Shown here in pieces: positions 18,396-27,813 of a stretch of DNA of 64,000 nucleotides. The notes beneath the pieces are model-generated. The model was given only the letters and a program-made list of their open reading frames with translations. It was not told the origin of the DNA and made no database searches. Position numbers and translations under genes: made by a program. The first letter of the stretch is position 1. Every line of letters starts with the position of its first letter. The stretch spans positions 32,001-96,000 of the forward strand of contig CAVSLV010000003.1 in NCBI GenBank assembly GCA_963728915.1, given 5' to 3'. The stretch comes from an uncultured Gemmatimonadales bacterium. Lineage in GTDB: Bacteria; Gemmatimonadota; Gemmatimonadetes; Gemmatimonadales; GWC2-71-9.

Positions 18396-19163
18396 TCAGG
18401 CCGGCACCCCCTGCTTCGGCGACGCCGCCACCTGGTCCAGCTTCTTCTCCCACTTTCGATAGTTCTCCGCGCCATCCTGCACGTAGGGCGAGTGCGCGAT
18501 GAGCTGGAGCACCATCCAGTTGAGCAGGTTCGCGGGAAACCGGAGTGGTCGCACCACATCGAGGAAGAGCACGACCCGGGTTCCCGAAGTGTCGTTCCAG
18601 ACCTCGTGCTCGTAGGTATCATCGAACATCAGCCCTTCGCCTTCTTTCCAGTGCCGCACCTCGTTCCCCACTCTGATGCGGCATTGCACTCGTGGTTCCG
18701 GCACCAGCAGTCCCAGGTGATAGCGGATCACGCCTTTGAACGGGCCACGATGCGGCGGAATGTGCTTGCCGGGGGCCAGAATCGAAAAGAACGCGGTCTT
18801 CATCCCCGGAATCGCGTCGATGATCCGCGCGGTCTCGGGACAGCGAGCCCGGTTGCTCTCGGCGTTGATGCCGTAGGCACAGAAGAAGAAGGTCTTCCAG
18901 CGCTCGTCGCTGATGCGCGCCTGGTCCTTGGAGATGTCGTGAAAGCTGGGGAGCAGCTCCTGGTGCGCCAGGACGGTCTCCAGCTCGGCGCGGATGATGG
19001 TCCACTGCCCGGCAACGTCGCGGGTCCAGCCGAATTCAGGATACATCGAGGGATCAAAGAATGCCGGATTGCCAACCCGGGACCCCCAGGTAATGATGGA
19101 CTCGAGCCGCCTGATCAGCCTCGATCCCACCGACACAACCAGCGCGTGCATTCGCTCGCCCAT
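18396..19163 (-). CDS. aspartyl/asparaginyl beta-hydroxylase (LpxO-like Fe/2OG dioxygenase)
   Basis: FFSILAPGKHIPPHRGP, LMFDDTYEHEVWN, RVVLFLDV; GGGAGG RBS. Confidence 0.92.
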   Translation of the reverse strand: MGERMHALVVSVGSRLIRRLESIITWGSRVGNPAFFDPSMYPEFGWTRDVAGQWTIIRAELETVLAHQELLPSFHDISKDQARISDERWKTFFFCAYGINAESNRARCPETARIIDAIPGMKTAFFSILAPGKHIPPHRGPFKGVIRYHLGLLVPEPRVQCRIRVGNEVRHWKEGEGLMFDDTYEHEVWNDTSGTRVVLFLDVVRPLRFPANLLNWMVLQLIAHSPYVQDGAENYRKWEKKLDQVAASPKQGVPA

Positions 19164-19261
19164 GAATGCCTCCCTCAAGGCGTTGACGCTCGCGCACCGA
19201 TGCGGCGCGCGGCGGCAGGGGCGCTCGGTTTGTCGAAGAGCGGCTCCCCGCAGTGTCGCTG

Positions 19262-19639
19262 TTACGCCGTGGGATGGGTCGGAGGGGCGGTGGCGAAGGG
19301 GCGCAGGTAGTCGGGCGGGACAGGCGCACTGACAGGCCGCAAAGGTGCTGCCGGTACCGAAGCAGGGCTGGTCCACTCCGCGCGCGCCGACAGACTCGGC
19401 GCCTCCCAGGCAACCGGCGTGGCACAGCAGCAGAGAATCCCGCAGCAACACTGTCGGTGCTGGTGAGGGTGGTCCACCGGCATCCCGGATCCGGCGTGGT
19501 CGCACTCCGCCGTCGCAGGTCGCCGAGTCGGAAGGTCCGCCTGACAACGGCGAACCAATCCAGGATTGAGCGCCACCAGCGCAAACCAGAGCGCCAGCAG
19601 GGCCCGGAGGGGGCGGATGCCCTGCTCCAAGTGAGCCAT
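19262..19639 (-). CDS. DUF2946/CruR/CutF-like Cys/His-rich leader protein
   Basis: signal-like N-terminus, CDH..MPVDHPHQHRQCCCGILCCC cluster, Pro-rich tail ending PFATAPP; first gene of the copper operon. Confidence 0.7.
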   Translation of the reverse strand: MAHLEQGIRPLRALLALWFALVALNPGLVRRCQADLPTRRPATAECDHAGSGMPVDHPHQHRQCCCGILCCCATPVAWEAPSLSARAEWTSPASVPAAPLRPVSAPVPPDYLRPFATAPPTHPTA

Positions 19640-19725
19640 GAGCTCAAATGTGGAGGTGGCTAAACCGCGGGGCAAGGCGAGACCCGGATCAGCCGACCGG
19701 CCGTTGAGGTGTTAGAATCTGCCCC

Positions 19726-20862
19726 ATGATCGACATTCTGCTCCCCGCCGGCCAATCCGAAGGCAGCACCCACGAAGTGGGCCAGTGGCTCAAGCGCGTC
19801 GGCGATCCGGTGCGCAAGGATGAGCCGCTCCTCGAAGTGATCACCGACAAGGTGACGGTCGAGATCGCCGCGCCTGCCGACGGCATGCTGGAAGAGATCC
19901 TGAAGCAAACCGGCGAGCCGGTGGAGCCGAATCAGGTCCTCGGAAGAATTGGAGCTGGGGGAGAGGAGACGGGCAGACGGCCGGAGGGGCCGACGGGCAG
20001 TGAATTCAGGGCTGCCTCCGGGTCCGTCCCCACCGACCCGTTGACCCACCGACCCTCCGAGTTGAGTCCCGCTGTCCGCCGGCTGATCCAGCAACACGGG
20101 CTCGATCCGGCGGCCATCACCGGCACCGGGAACGGCGGCCGGATCACGGCCCAGGACGTGGAGCGCCATCTCGCGGCTCATCCGTCCGCCGGTCCGTCTG
20201 CCCGACTGGTTCCCCATTCGTCCATGCGGAAGAGCATCGCCGAGCATATGGTGAAGAGCGTGCAGACTGCGCCGCACGTCACCGCCGTGTTCGAGGCCGA
20301 CCTGAGCCGGGTCATCGCGCACCGGAACGCCTTTGGCGAGAAGAAACCGACCTACACCGCGTATTTCGTCCGGGCCGCGGTGGCCGCGATCCGGGCGGTT
20401 CCGAACGCCAACAGCCGCTGGCGCCCCGACGCCCTGGAAGTCTTCGACGACTGCAACATCGGGATCGCGGTGGCGCTCCCCGATGGCGGGCTCATCGTGC
20501 CGGTGCTCCACCAGGCCCAGGACCTGAGCCTGGAAGCAACCGCGGGCCGGCTGGAGGACCTCACCGGGCGAGCGCGGGCGGGCAAGCTCGAGCCGCGCGA
20601 GGTCCAGGGCGGCACCTTCAGCATCTCGAATCACGGGGTGAGCGGATCGCTGCTCGCCGCGCCGATCGTCATCGTGCAGCCGCAGTCCGCGATCCTCGGC
20701 GTCGGCAAACTCGAGCAGCGGCCCCGGGTGAACGCTTCGGGGGCTATCGAGGCCAGGCCGATGCTGTATGTCACCCTGACCATCGATCATCGGGTGCTCG
20801 ATGGATTCCAGGCCAACACATTCCTGACCGCCTGGGTCAGGGCTATCGAAGACTGGACCTGA
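19726..20862 (+). CDS. 2-oxoacid dehydrogenase E2 (dihydrolipoamide acyltransferase)
   Basis: lipoyl domain EVITDKVTVE, E3-binding GTG.GGRIT..DV, catalytic DHRVLDG. Confidence 0.95.
   Translation: MIDILLPAGQSEGSTHEVGQWLKRVGDPVRKDEPLLEVITDKVTVEIAAPADGMLEEILKQTGEPVEPNQVLGRIGAGGEETGRRPEGPTGSEFRAASGSVPTDPLTHRPSELSPAVRRLIQQHGLDPAAITGTGNGGRITAQDVERHLAAHPSAGPSARLVPHSSMRKSIAEHMVKSVQTAPHVTAVFEADLSRVIAHRNAFGEKKPTYTAYFVRAAVAAIRAVPNANSRWRPDALEVFDDCNIGIAVALPDGGLIVPVLHQAQDLSLEATAGRLEDLTGRARAGKLEPREVQGGTFSISNHGVSGSLLAAPIVIVQPQSAILGVGKLEQRPRVNASGAIEARPMLYVTLTIDHRVLDGFQANTFLTAWVRAIEDWT
19968..20207. repeat. degenerate 8-bp tandem arrays in the E2 linkers
   Basis: gacgggca gacggccg ... ccgacccg ttgaccca ccgaccct; and ccgtccgccggtccgtctgccc at about 20181. 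Confidence 0.6.
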
Positions 20863-20865
20863 CGA

Positions 20866-21408
20866 CTAGAAGGTCTTGAAGCGCTCGAAGGGCTGCCGGC
20901 AGGCGCGGCAGAGATGGAGCGATTTGCAGGCGGTCGCGCCGAATTCGCTGACGACGGCGGTATCGCTCGAGCCGCAGTGGGGACACTCAAGGCGGACAGG
21001 CGGACCGGCGGACGGGCGGACAGGGTTGGACATTGTCACCTGCACCAGCTCGTCCCGGGTGTTTCCCGGAGGCGCGATCCCGTAGTTGCGGAGCTTCTCC
21101 CGCGCGTGCTCGCTGATCCAATCGGTGGTCCAGGCCGGCGCGTACACCGTCTCGATCTTCACCTCGCGAAACCCGGCGCCGGTAAGCGCCGCGGAGATCT
21201 CTTCCTCGATCACGTGCATCGCGGGGCACCCGCTGTAGGTCGGCGTCACCGTCACCGTGACCTGTTCTCCCACGGGATCGGCTCGGACCTCGCGGACGAT
21301 GCCAAGCTCCACGATCGAGAGCACCGGAACTTCGGGATCCTTGACGAGCTCGAGAATCCGGAGCGCGCGCTGCTCGCTCGCCGAGCGGATGCGGTCCCCG
21401 CCTACCAC
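20866..21408 (-). CDS. paaD: 1,2-phenylacetyl-CoA epoxidase subunit PaaD
   Basis: DPEVPVLSIVELG, TPTYSGCPAM, WTTDWIS, CPHCGS...FGATACK...CRACRQPF. Confidence 0.95.
   Translation of the reverse strand: MVGGDRIRSASEQRALRILELVKDPEVPVLSIVELGIVREVRADPVGEQVTVTVTPTYSGCPAMHVIEEEISAALTGAGFREVKIETVYAPAWTTDWISEHAREKLRNYGIAPPGNTRDELVQVTMSNPVRPSAGPPVRLECPHCGSSDTAVVSEFGATACKSLHLCRACRQPFERFKTF
20991..21032. repeat. (GGCGGACN)4 array inside paaD
   Basis: ggcggaca ggcggacc ggcggacg ggcggaca; encodes PVRPSAGPPVRL. Confidence 0.85.
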
Positions 21409-22160
21409 GTGGCCCCCGGATGGGAGCGCGCGACGATCTGCATTTCCGCGAGCATGTGGCCCAGGTGCTCGGTGTGCCGGCCCCGGCGCCCGCCGGTCAT
21501 TCGCATCGGATCTTCTGGAATGGCGAGCGTTGCCCGCGCGAGGGTGCCACGCGCCATCCGCTCCCAGGCCGGCAGGAGGGCGGCCGGATCGGGAGCGATG
21601 CCGCGGGCGGCGAGGTCACGATCGACCGCGTCCGCATAGCCGAACTCCCCGGTCCAGGGCCACAGTGCATCCAGCGCCTCCTGGGCCCGGCCGTGGCTCT
21701 CGTCGGTCCCATCGCCCAGGCGGCAGACCCATTCGCTGCTGTGGCGGAGGTGGTAGCGGGTTTCCTTCTGCGCTTTGGCGGCGATGGCGGCAAGCCGGGC
21801 ATCGGAAGACCTGGCAAGGGCCTCCAGCAGGTGAAGGCTCCAGCCATCGAAGAGGAACTGCCGCACCATCGTGAACGCGAAATCGCCGTCGGGCAGCTCG
21901 CAGAGCTCGAGGTTCCGGAACTCGTGCTCGTCCCGCCAGTAGGCCAGCGCGTCCGCGTCCCGCCCTTTCCCTTCCACTTCGGCAGCCAGACCGAGGAACA
22001 TGGTGGCATGGCCAATCAGGTCGAGGGCGATGTTGGTCATCGCGATGTCTTCCTCGAGAATCGGGCCGTGGCCGCACCACTCGGAGAGCCGGTGACCCAG
22101 CACCAGGCGATCATCGCCGAGGCGTAGCAGATAGGCGAACAGCGCCGCGTCCTGCGTCAC
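21402..22160 (-). CDS. paaC: 1,2-phenylacetyl-CoA epoxidase subunit PaaC
   Basis: GDDRLVLGHRLSEWCGHGP.LEEDIA, KETRYHL, GDGTDESH, PGATW. Confidence 0.97.
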   Translation of the reverse strand: MTQDAALFAYLLRLGDDRLVLGHRLSEWCGHGPILEEDIAMTNIALDLIGHATMFLGLAAEVEGKGRDADALAYWRDEHEFRNLELCELPDGDFAFTMVRQFLFDGWSLHLLEALARSSDARLAAIAAKAQKETRYHLRHSSEWVCRLGDGTDESHGRAQEALDALWPWTGEFGYADAVDRDLAARGIAPDPAALLPAWERMARGTLARATLAIPEDPMRMTGGRRGRHTEHLGHMLAEMQIVARSHPGATW

Positions 22161-22453
22161 AGCTCCTTGCCCACCCGGGGCACCTTGTAAAACTGCGGAT
22201 GCCGGTAGGGCTTGTCGTTGCCCGGATCGAAGAATGGCCCGGCGTCCTCCGGAGACGAAGCGATGATCGCGTTGCTCGGGACCACCCAGATGCTCACCGC
22301 CTCGCCGCGCCTCGCGTAGGTGTCCCGCGCATTCTGGAGGGCGATCTCGGCGTCGGGGGCGTGGACGCTGCCAGCGTGCTCATGTGGCGCGCCGTCTTTC
22401 GCCTGGGTGAAGACCTCCCACAGGGGCCATTGATCCGGCGGACCGGCGCTCAT
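22157..22453 (-). CDS. paaB: 1,2-phenylacetyl-CoA epoxidase subunit PaaB
   Basis: [34 protein letters not shown]. Confidence 0.97.
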   Translation of the reverse strand: MSAGPPDQWPLWEVFTQAKDGAPHEHAGSVHAPDAEIALQNARDTYARRGEAVSIWVVPSNAIIASSPEDAGPFFDPGNDKPYRHPQFYKVPRVGKEL

Positions 22454-23421
22454 GCGGCGGTTTTCTCCCGACCGCCCTGTTTCGCGGCGTAGGCCGCGGC
22501 CGCGTCGCGGACCCACTGGCCCTCCTCGTGGGCCGTGCGCCTCGCGGCGAGCCGCTCCCGATTCATGGGACCGTTCCCGCCGATCACCTGGTAGAACTCC
22601 TCCCAGTCGATCGGGCCGAACTCCCAGTCACCGGTCTCGGCGTTCTGCTTGAGGTCGGGATCGGGAAGGGTGAGATCGATCGCCTGGGCCTGGGGAACCG
22701 TCAGGTTGACGAAGCGCTGGCGGAGCTCGTCATTGCCCTTCTGCTTGACCCGCCAGCGGAGCAGATCCGCGCTGTTGGGACTGTCCTTGTCGCTCGGGCC
22801 GAACATCATGAGCGAAGGCCACCACCAGCGGTTCACGGCGTCCTGCGCCATCGCCTTCTGTGCGGGGGTGCCCTTCGAGAGGGTCGCGAGGATTTCGTAC
22901 CCCTGCCGCTTGTGGAAGTTCTCTTCCTTGCAGATCCGGACCATGGCGCGGGCGTAGGGCCCGTAGGACGCGTGGGCGAGCATCGTCTGGTTCACGATTG
23001 CGGCCCCGTCCACCAGCCAGCCGATCGCACCCATATCGGCCCAGGTCAGGGTGGGATAGTTGAAAATGCTGGAGTACTTCGCCTTGCCGGCGAGGAGCTG
23101 ATCGATCAGCTCGGCGCGATCCACACCCAGGGTTTCGGTGCCGCAGTAGATGTAGAGACCATGGCCGGCTTCGTCCTGCACCTTGGCGAGCAGGGCGAGC
23201 TTCCGGCGTAGACTCGGGGCCCGGGTGATCCAGTTTCCTTCGGGAAGCATGCCGACGACTTCGGAGTGGGCGTGCTGCGACATCATCCGGATGAGCTGCT
23301 TCCGGTAGCGCTCCGGCATCCAGTCCTTGGGCTCGATGGTCTCCCCCCGGGAGAGCCGAGCCTCGAATTCGGCGAGCCGGGCGGGATCTTCGGCTCCCTG
23401 GGTTTTCAAGCTAGCTTCCAT
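22450..23421 (-). CDS. paaA: 1,2-phenylacetyl-CoA epoxidase subunit PaaA
   Basis: [39 protein letters not shown] diiron motifs. Confidence 0.97.
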   Translation of the reverse strand: MEASLKTQGAEDPARLAEFEARLSRGETIEPKDWMPERYRKQLIRMMSQHAHSEVVGMLPEGNWITRAPSLRRKLALLAKVQDEAGHGLYIYCGTETLGVDRAELIDQLLAGKAKYSSIFNYPTLTWADMGAIGWLVDGAAIVNQTMLAHASYGPYARAMVRICKEENFHKRQGYEILATLSKGTPAQKAMAQDAVNRWWWPSLMMFGPSDKDSPNSADLLRWRVKQKGNDELRQRFVNLTVPQAQAIDLTLPDPDLKQNAETGDWEFGPIDWEEFYQVIGGNGPMNRERLAARRTAHEEGQWVRDAAAAYAAKQGGREKTAA

Positions 23422-23536
23422 GGTCCGTTCTCCGCCTTGTCTCCAGGGATCGGCGTCCGATCCGCTTGTTCGGCAAGGACTTACAACCCTCAAATATAAT
23501 CGATCGGGGACCGTGACGAAGTCAGCCGGCTCATCC

Positions 23537-24289
23537 ATGCTCGAGGCAGGAACGGTCGAAACCGAGGTCAAGGACGGCATCGGCACGATTCGCTTCGGAC
23601 ATCCGAAAGGCAACTCGCTTCCCGGCGCGCTGCTCACGAGGCTGGCGGAATCGGTGCGCGAGGTCGCGGGGGCGCCCGACGCGAAAGTGCTGGTGCTCCG
23701 AAGCGAGGGGAGCGGGGCCTTCTGCGCGGGAGCATCCTTCGACGAGTTTCGTGCCATCAAGGACGAGGAGGGCGGCAAGCACTTCTTCTCCGGATTTGCC
23801 CAGCTCATTCTGGCGATGATCCGCGCGCCCAAGTTCATCATCACCCGAGTCCAGGGAAAAACGGCTGGTGGGGGAGTTGGCCTCATTGCCGCCTCGGACT
23901 ACGCTCTCGCGGCCAGCAAGGCATCGGTCAAGCTCAGTGAGATCGCCGTCGGGATCGGTCCCTTCGTCGTCGGCCCGGTGATCGAACGAAAGATCGGGCT
24001 CGCCGCCTTCAGCGCGCTGGCGGTGGACGGTGATTGGCGCGATGCCGCGTGGGGGGAGCGGCAGGGGCTCTTTTCGGAAGTGCTGGAGGATGAAGCCGCG
24101 CTCGACCAACGCCTCACGGCCTTTGCAACGAAGCTCGCCGGTTACAACCCCGACGCGGTCAGGAAGCTCAAGAAGGTGTTCTGGGCCGGGACCGAGCATT
24201 GGCCCGGGTTGCTCGCCGCTCGCGCGGTGATCAGCGGGAAGCTGGTCCTTTCGGAGTACACCAGGCAGGCGACCAGGCAGGACCGATAA
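23537..24289 (+). CDS. enoyl-CoA hydratase/isomerase family protein
   Basis: [23 protein letters not shown]. Confidence 0.88.
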   Translation: MLEAGTVETEVKDGIGTIRFGHPKGNSLPGALLTRLAESVREVAGAPDAKVLVLRSEGSGAFCAGASFDEFRAIKDEEGGKHFFSGFAQLILAMIRAPKFIITRVQGKTAGGGVGLIAASDYALAASKASVKLSEIAVGIGPFVVGPVIERKIGLAAFSALAVDGDWRDAAWGERQGLFSEVLEDEAALDQRLTAFATKLAGYNPDAVRKLKKVFWAGTEHWPGLLAARAVISGKLVLSEYTRQATRQDR

Positions 24290-24291
24290 GG

Positions 24292-25422
24292 ATGCCGGGA
24301 ACCGATGTCCTCGAAGCGCTGCGCACCCCGGCGCTGGTGATCGACCTGGATCGGGTGGAGCAGAACATCACGACCACGCTCCGGCTCCTCGGGAACGACC
24401 CAACCCGCTGGCGACCCCACCTCAAGACGGTCAAGCTCGGCCTCGTGATGCGGCGGATTCGGGAGCTGGGGGTTGACCAGGCCAAGGTCGCGACCACGCT
24501 GGAGCTCGAGACCGCCTGTCAGGCCGGCTTCACCGATGTGCTGCTGGCCTACCCGCTGGCGGGCCCAGCCGTCGGGCTGGTGCGCGATCTGGCGAAGACG
24601 TTTCCCGGAACCCGGCTTTCCGTCCTGGTCGAGTCGGCGGAGCAGGTGGCCCTCTGGCGCGGATCCAGTGTGGGACTCTTCATCGACCTCAACTCGGGGA
24701 TGCACCGGACCGGGATGCTGCTCGACGCGCCCGAGGCGGTGATGGCGCTGGCCCGCGCGATCGAGGAGGGCGGGCTGCGGTTCGCGGGGCTCCACTTCTA
24801 CGACGGGCACGCCCACGACTTTCCGGCCGACCAGGCAACCCGGATGGTCCACCAGGGTTATGACCGGTTGGCCGGCCTGGTTCGGGCCTTGCACGCCGCG
24901 GGTCTCCGAACGCCGGAGGTGATCACCGCGGGCACGCCCGCTTTCCCGCACGCGGTGTCGTATCACGGCTTCCCGCCAGAGACGGTGCATCGGGTTTCGC
25001 CCGGCACGGTGGTCTACAACGACCGGCGGAGCCTGACCCAGCTCCCCGGCGATGCCGGCTATTCCACGGCAGTCTTCGTGTTGAGCCGGGTGATCAGCCA
25101 TCCCCGGCCGGACCGGTTCTGTGCCGATGCCGGCCACAAGGCGATCTCCGCCGATTCGGGCGACCCGGTTTGCGAAGTGATCGGCCATCCGGAGTACCAT
25201 CCCCTCCACCCGAGCGAGGAGCACCTTCCCGTCGACGTGCCCGCCGGGACACCGCTGCCCGAACGAGGCACCTTGCTGTCCCTCCTGCCGACCCACGTCT
25301 GCCCGACGGTGAACAACTTCGACCACGCGGTGATCGTTCAGGCGGGGCGAGTGATCGGCGTGGAGCGGGTCACCGCGAGGGGCCGGCATCCACCGCTCGC
25401 TCCCGCGGGTCAGGCGCGGTAG
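24292..25422 (+). CDS. D-threonine aldolase / DSD1-type PLP enzyme (alanine racemase fold)
   Basis: TPALVIDL, RPHLKT.K (PLP Lys), GMHRTG, YDGH, SEEH, PTHVCPTVN. Confidence 0.9.
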   Translation: MPGTDVLEALRTPALVIDLDRVEQNITTTLRLLGNDPTRWRPHLKTVKLGLVMRRIRELGVDQAKVATTLELETACQAGFTDVLLAYPLAGPAVGLVRDLAKTFPGTRLSVLVESAEQVALWRGSSVGLFIDLNSGMHRTGMLLDAPEAVMALARAIEEGGLRFAGLHFYDGHAHDFPADQATRMVHQGYDRLAGLVRALHAAGLRTPEVITAGTPAFPHAVSYHGFPPETVHRVSPGTVVYNDRRSLTQLPGDAGYSTAVFVLSRVISHPRPDRFCADAGHKAISADSGDPVCEVIGHPEYHPLHPSEEHLPVDVPAGTPLPERGTLLSLLPTHVCPTVNNFDHAVIVQAGRVIGVERVTARGRHPPLAPAGQAR

Positions 25423-25455
25423 CTTATCACCGCACGTCACCCCATCGAGCTCACC

Positions 25456-26211
25456 ATGTCCGGTTGCGCCAGACCTGCAGCTTTGCTGCTCTTCGTCTCC
25501 TGTTCCCTGGCTGCCCAGATGAAGCCTCCCTGCGCCCAGCACGCCCGCGACTGCCCCGCCCCGCCCATCGTCACGCCGGGCCCGGCGCCTCGCGATCCGG
25601 TCCCGCCCCCTTCCGATGCGGTGATCCTGTTCGATGGCCACGACCTCTCCAAGTGGCGGAGCGAGAACGAGGGCCCGGCGAAGTGGACCGTCACCGCGGG
25701 TTATGTCGAGGTCGCCCCGGGCACCGGCATGATCCACACCACCACGGGATTCGGCGACGTCCAGCTCCACATCGAATGGATGGCGCCCGACCCGCCCCGG
25801 GGGAGCGACCAGGACCGGGGCAACAGCGGGATCTTCCTGATGGGGCGGTACGAGGTCCAGGTGCTCGATTCCTACGGCAACGTGACCTACCCGGACGGGC
25901 AGGCCGCGGCGGTGTACGGCCAGTATCCTCCCCTGGTGAACGCCAGCCGCAAGCCGGGCGAGTGGCAGACCTACGACATCGTGTTCCGGCGGCCGCGGTT
26001 CGGCCCCGACGGTGCGGTGCTCCGTCCGGCCATCCTGACGGTGCTGCACAACGGCATTCTGGTGCAGGACCACGTCGTCCTGACCGGGCCCACCGCGCAC
26101 CAGCGACGCCCGCCCTACGAGGCCCATCCGGACCGCCTGCCGCTGGGCCTGCAGGACCACGAGCACCCGGTCCGGTTCCGGAACATCTGGGTCCGAACCC
26201 TGGAACCGTGA
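25456..26211 (+). CDS. DUF1080 (3-keto-disaccharide hydrolase) family secreted protein
   Basis: PPSDAVILFDG, GNSGIF, YEVQVLDS, GEWQTYDI, LQDH...VRFRNIW. Confidence 0.9.
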   Translation: MSGCARPAALLLFVSCSLAAQMKPPCAQHARDCPAPPIVTPGPAPRDPVPPPSDAVILFDGHDLSKWRSENEGPAKWTVTAGYVEVAPGTGMIHTTTGFGDVQLHIEWMAPDPPRGSDQDRGNSGIFLMGRYEVQVLDSYGNVTYPDGQAAAVYGQYPPLVNASRKPGEWQTYDIVFRRPRFGPDGAVLRPAILTVLHNGILVQDHVVLTGPTAHQRRPPYEAHPDRLPLGLQDHEHPVRFRNIWVRTLEP

Positions 26212-26247
26212 CAGCATAACCCGCATCCCACAACGCAAGGAGCGACC

Positions 26248-26880
26248 ATGCGCCGTTACCTGACCGAGTTCGTGGGTACCCTGTTCTTCGTGATGACGAT
26301 CGGCCTGATCGTGGGCGCGGGGAGCCCGATGGCCCCCCTGGTCATCGGGTCCGTCCTGATGGTGGTGGTCTATATGGGCGCCCAGGTCTCCGGCGCCCAC
26401 TACAATCCGGCCGTGACCCTCGCCCTGTTCCTCCGCCGCAAGATGCACCGGGGCGACCTGCTGCCCTACTGGATCGCCCAGATCCTGGGCGCGCTGGCGG
26501 GCGCCTTTCTGGCCAGCATCTTCATGGATCGCACCTTCACCATCGCGCCGGCCGCCACCACCAATACCGGCACCGCCCTGCTGGTGGAGATCCTCTATAC
26601 CACGCTGCTTGCCCTGGTGGTGCTCAACTGCGCCGCCCGCGAGGCGACCAAGGGCAACTCCTATTTCGGCCTGGCGATCGGGTTCACCCTCGTGATCGCC
26701 GCCTATGCCGGTGGCCCGATCTCGGGCGGGGCCTTCAATCCCGCGGTGGCCACCGGGGCGATCGTGGTCGACACGCTGAGCGGGAGCGGGAATCTCGGCC
26801 ATCTCTGGATCTACCTGGTGGGACCGCTGGCGGGCGGGATCATCGCGTCCTTCATCTTTCAGCTTCAGGGAGAAACCTGA
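26248..26880 (+). CDS. aquaporin / MIP family channel
   Basis: SGAHYNPAVT and SGGAFNPA motifs; six TM helices. Confidence 0.93.
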   Translation: MRRYLTEFVGTLFFVMTIGLIVGAGSPMAPLVIGSVLMVVVYMGAQVSGAHYNPAVTLALFLRRKMHRGDLLPYWIAQILGALAGAFLASIFMDRTFTIAPAATTNTGTALLVEILYTTLLALVVLNCAAREATKGNSYFGLAIGFTLVIAAYAGGPISGGAFNPAVATGAIVVDTLSGSGNLGHLWIYLVGPLAGGIIASFIFQLQGET

Positions 26881-26916
26881 CCCAGCAGCTCACACCTCGC
26901 ACCACCCACCGCTTGG

Positions 26917-27807
26917 ATGCCCGAGCTTCCCGACATCACGATCTACCTCGAGACGCTCGAGCGGCGAATTCTCGGGAAGCCGATTCAGCAGATCATCCTC
27001 AAGAGCCTCTTCCTGCTCCGCACCGTCGACCCGCCGCTCGCGCTGGCGAGCGGCCGGCCGGTGGTGGAGCTCCGCCGGCTCGGCAAGCGGATCGTCCTCG
27101 GCCTGGGCGACGATCTCTTTCTGGTCATCCACCTCATGATCGCGGGCCGGCTGCGATGGCTCGCCTCCGGGTCGAGCCAGAAGCGACCGGGCCGGATCGT
27201 CCTGGCGGAATTCGAGTTTCCCAACGGGATCCTGCTCCTCACCGAGGCCGGGACCAGGCGCCGCGCGTCGCTGCATTTCGTTCGGGGGACCGGGGCGCTG
27301 CTCGACCTGGATCGAGGCGGGATCGACGTCCTGTCCAGCACCCTGCCGGCCTTTTCCGAACGACTGAAAGCCGAGAATCACACTCTGAAGCGAGCTCTGA
27401 CCGACCCGCGACTCTTCAGTGGCATCGGGAACGCCTATTCCGACGAGATCCTGCACGCGGCGAAGCTTTCCCCGCTCGCGTTGTCGAAGCGGCTCTCCGA
27501 TCCCGAGGTTGCCCGGTTGCACTGCGCGACCCTGGAGGTACTGGGAGGGTGGATCCGACGGCTGCGATCGGAAACCGGGGAAGGATTTCCCGAGGGAGTC
27601 ACCGCGTTCCGGGAAGGCATGGCGGTGCACGGGCGGTACGGGGAACCGTGCCCGGCCTGCGGGGCGCCGGTCCAACGGATTCGTTACGCGGAAAACGAGA
27701 CCAATTACTGCGCCCGGTGCCAGACCGGCGGAAGACTCCTGGCCGATCGCGCCCTTTCCCGCCTCCTCAAGGGTGACTGGCCCAGATCCCTCGACGAGCT
27801 GGAATGA
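26917..27807 (+). CDS. Fpg/Nei family DNA glycosylase
   Basis: N-terminal PELPD, RRLGKR, HLMIAG, H2TH GIGNAYSDE, Zn finger CPAC...CARCQ. Confidence 0.92.
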   Translation: MPELPDITIYLETLERRILGKPIQQIILKSLFLLRTVDPPLALASGRPVVELRRLGKRIVLGLGDDLFLVIHLMIAGRLRWLASGSSQKRPGRIVLAEFEFPNGILLLTEAGTRRRASLHFVRGTGALLDLDRGGIDVLSSTLPAFSERLKAENHTLKRALTDPRLFSGIGNAYSDEILHAAKLSPLALSKRLSDPEVARLHCATLEVLGGWIRRLRSETGEGFPEGVTAFREGMAVHGRYGEPCPACGAPVQRIRYAENETNYCARCQTGGRLLADRALSRLLKGDWPRSLDELE

Positions 27808-27813
27808 GGGCGG

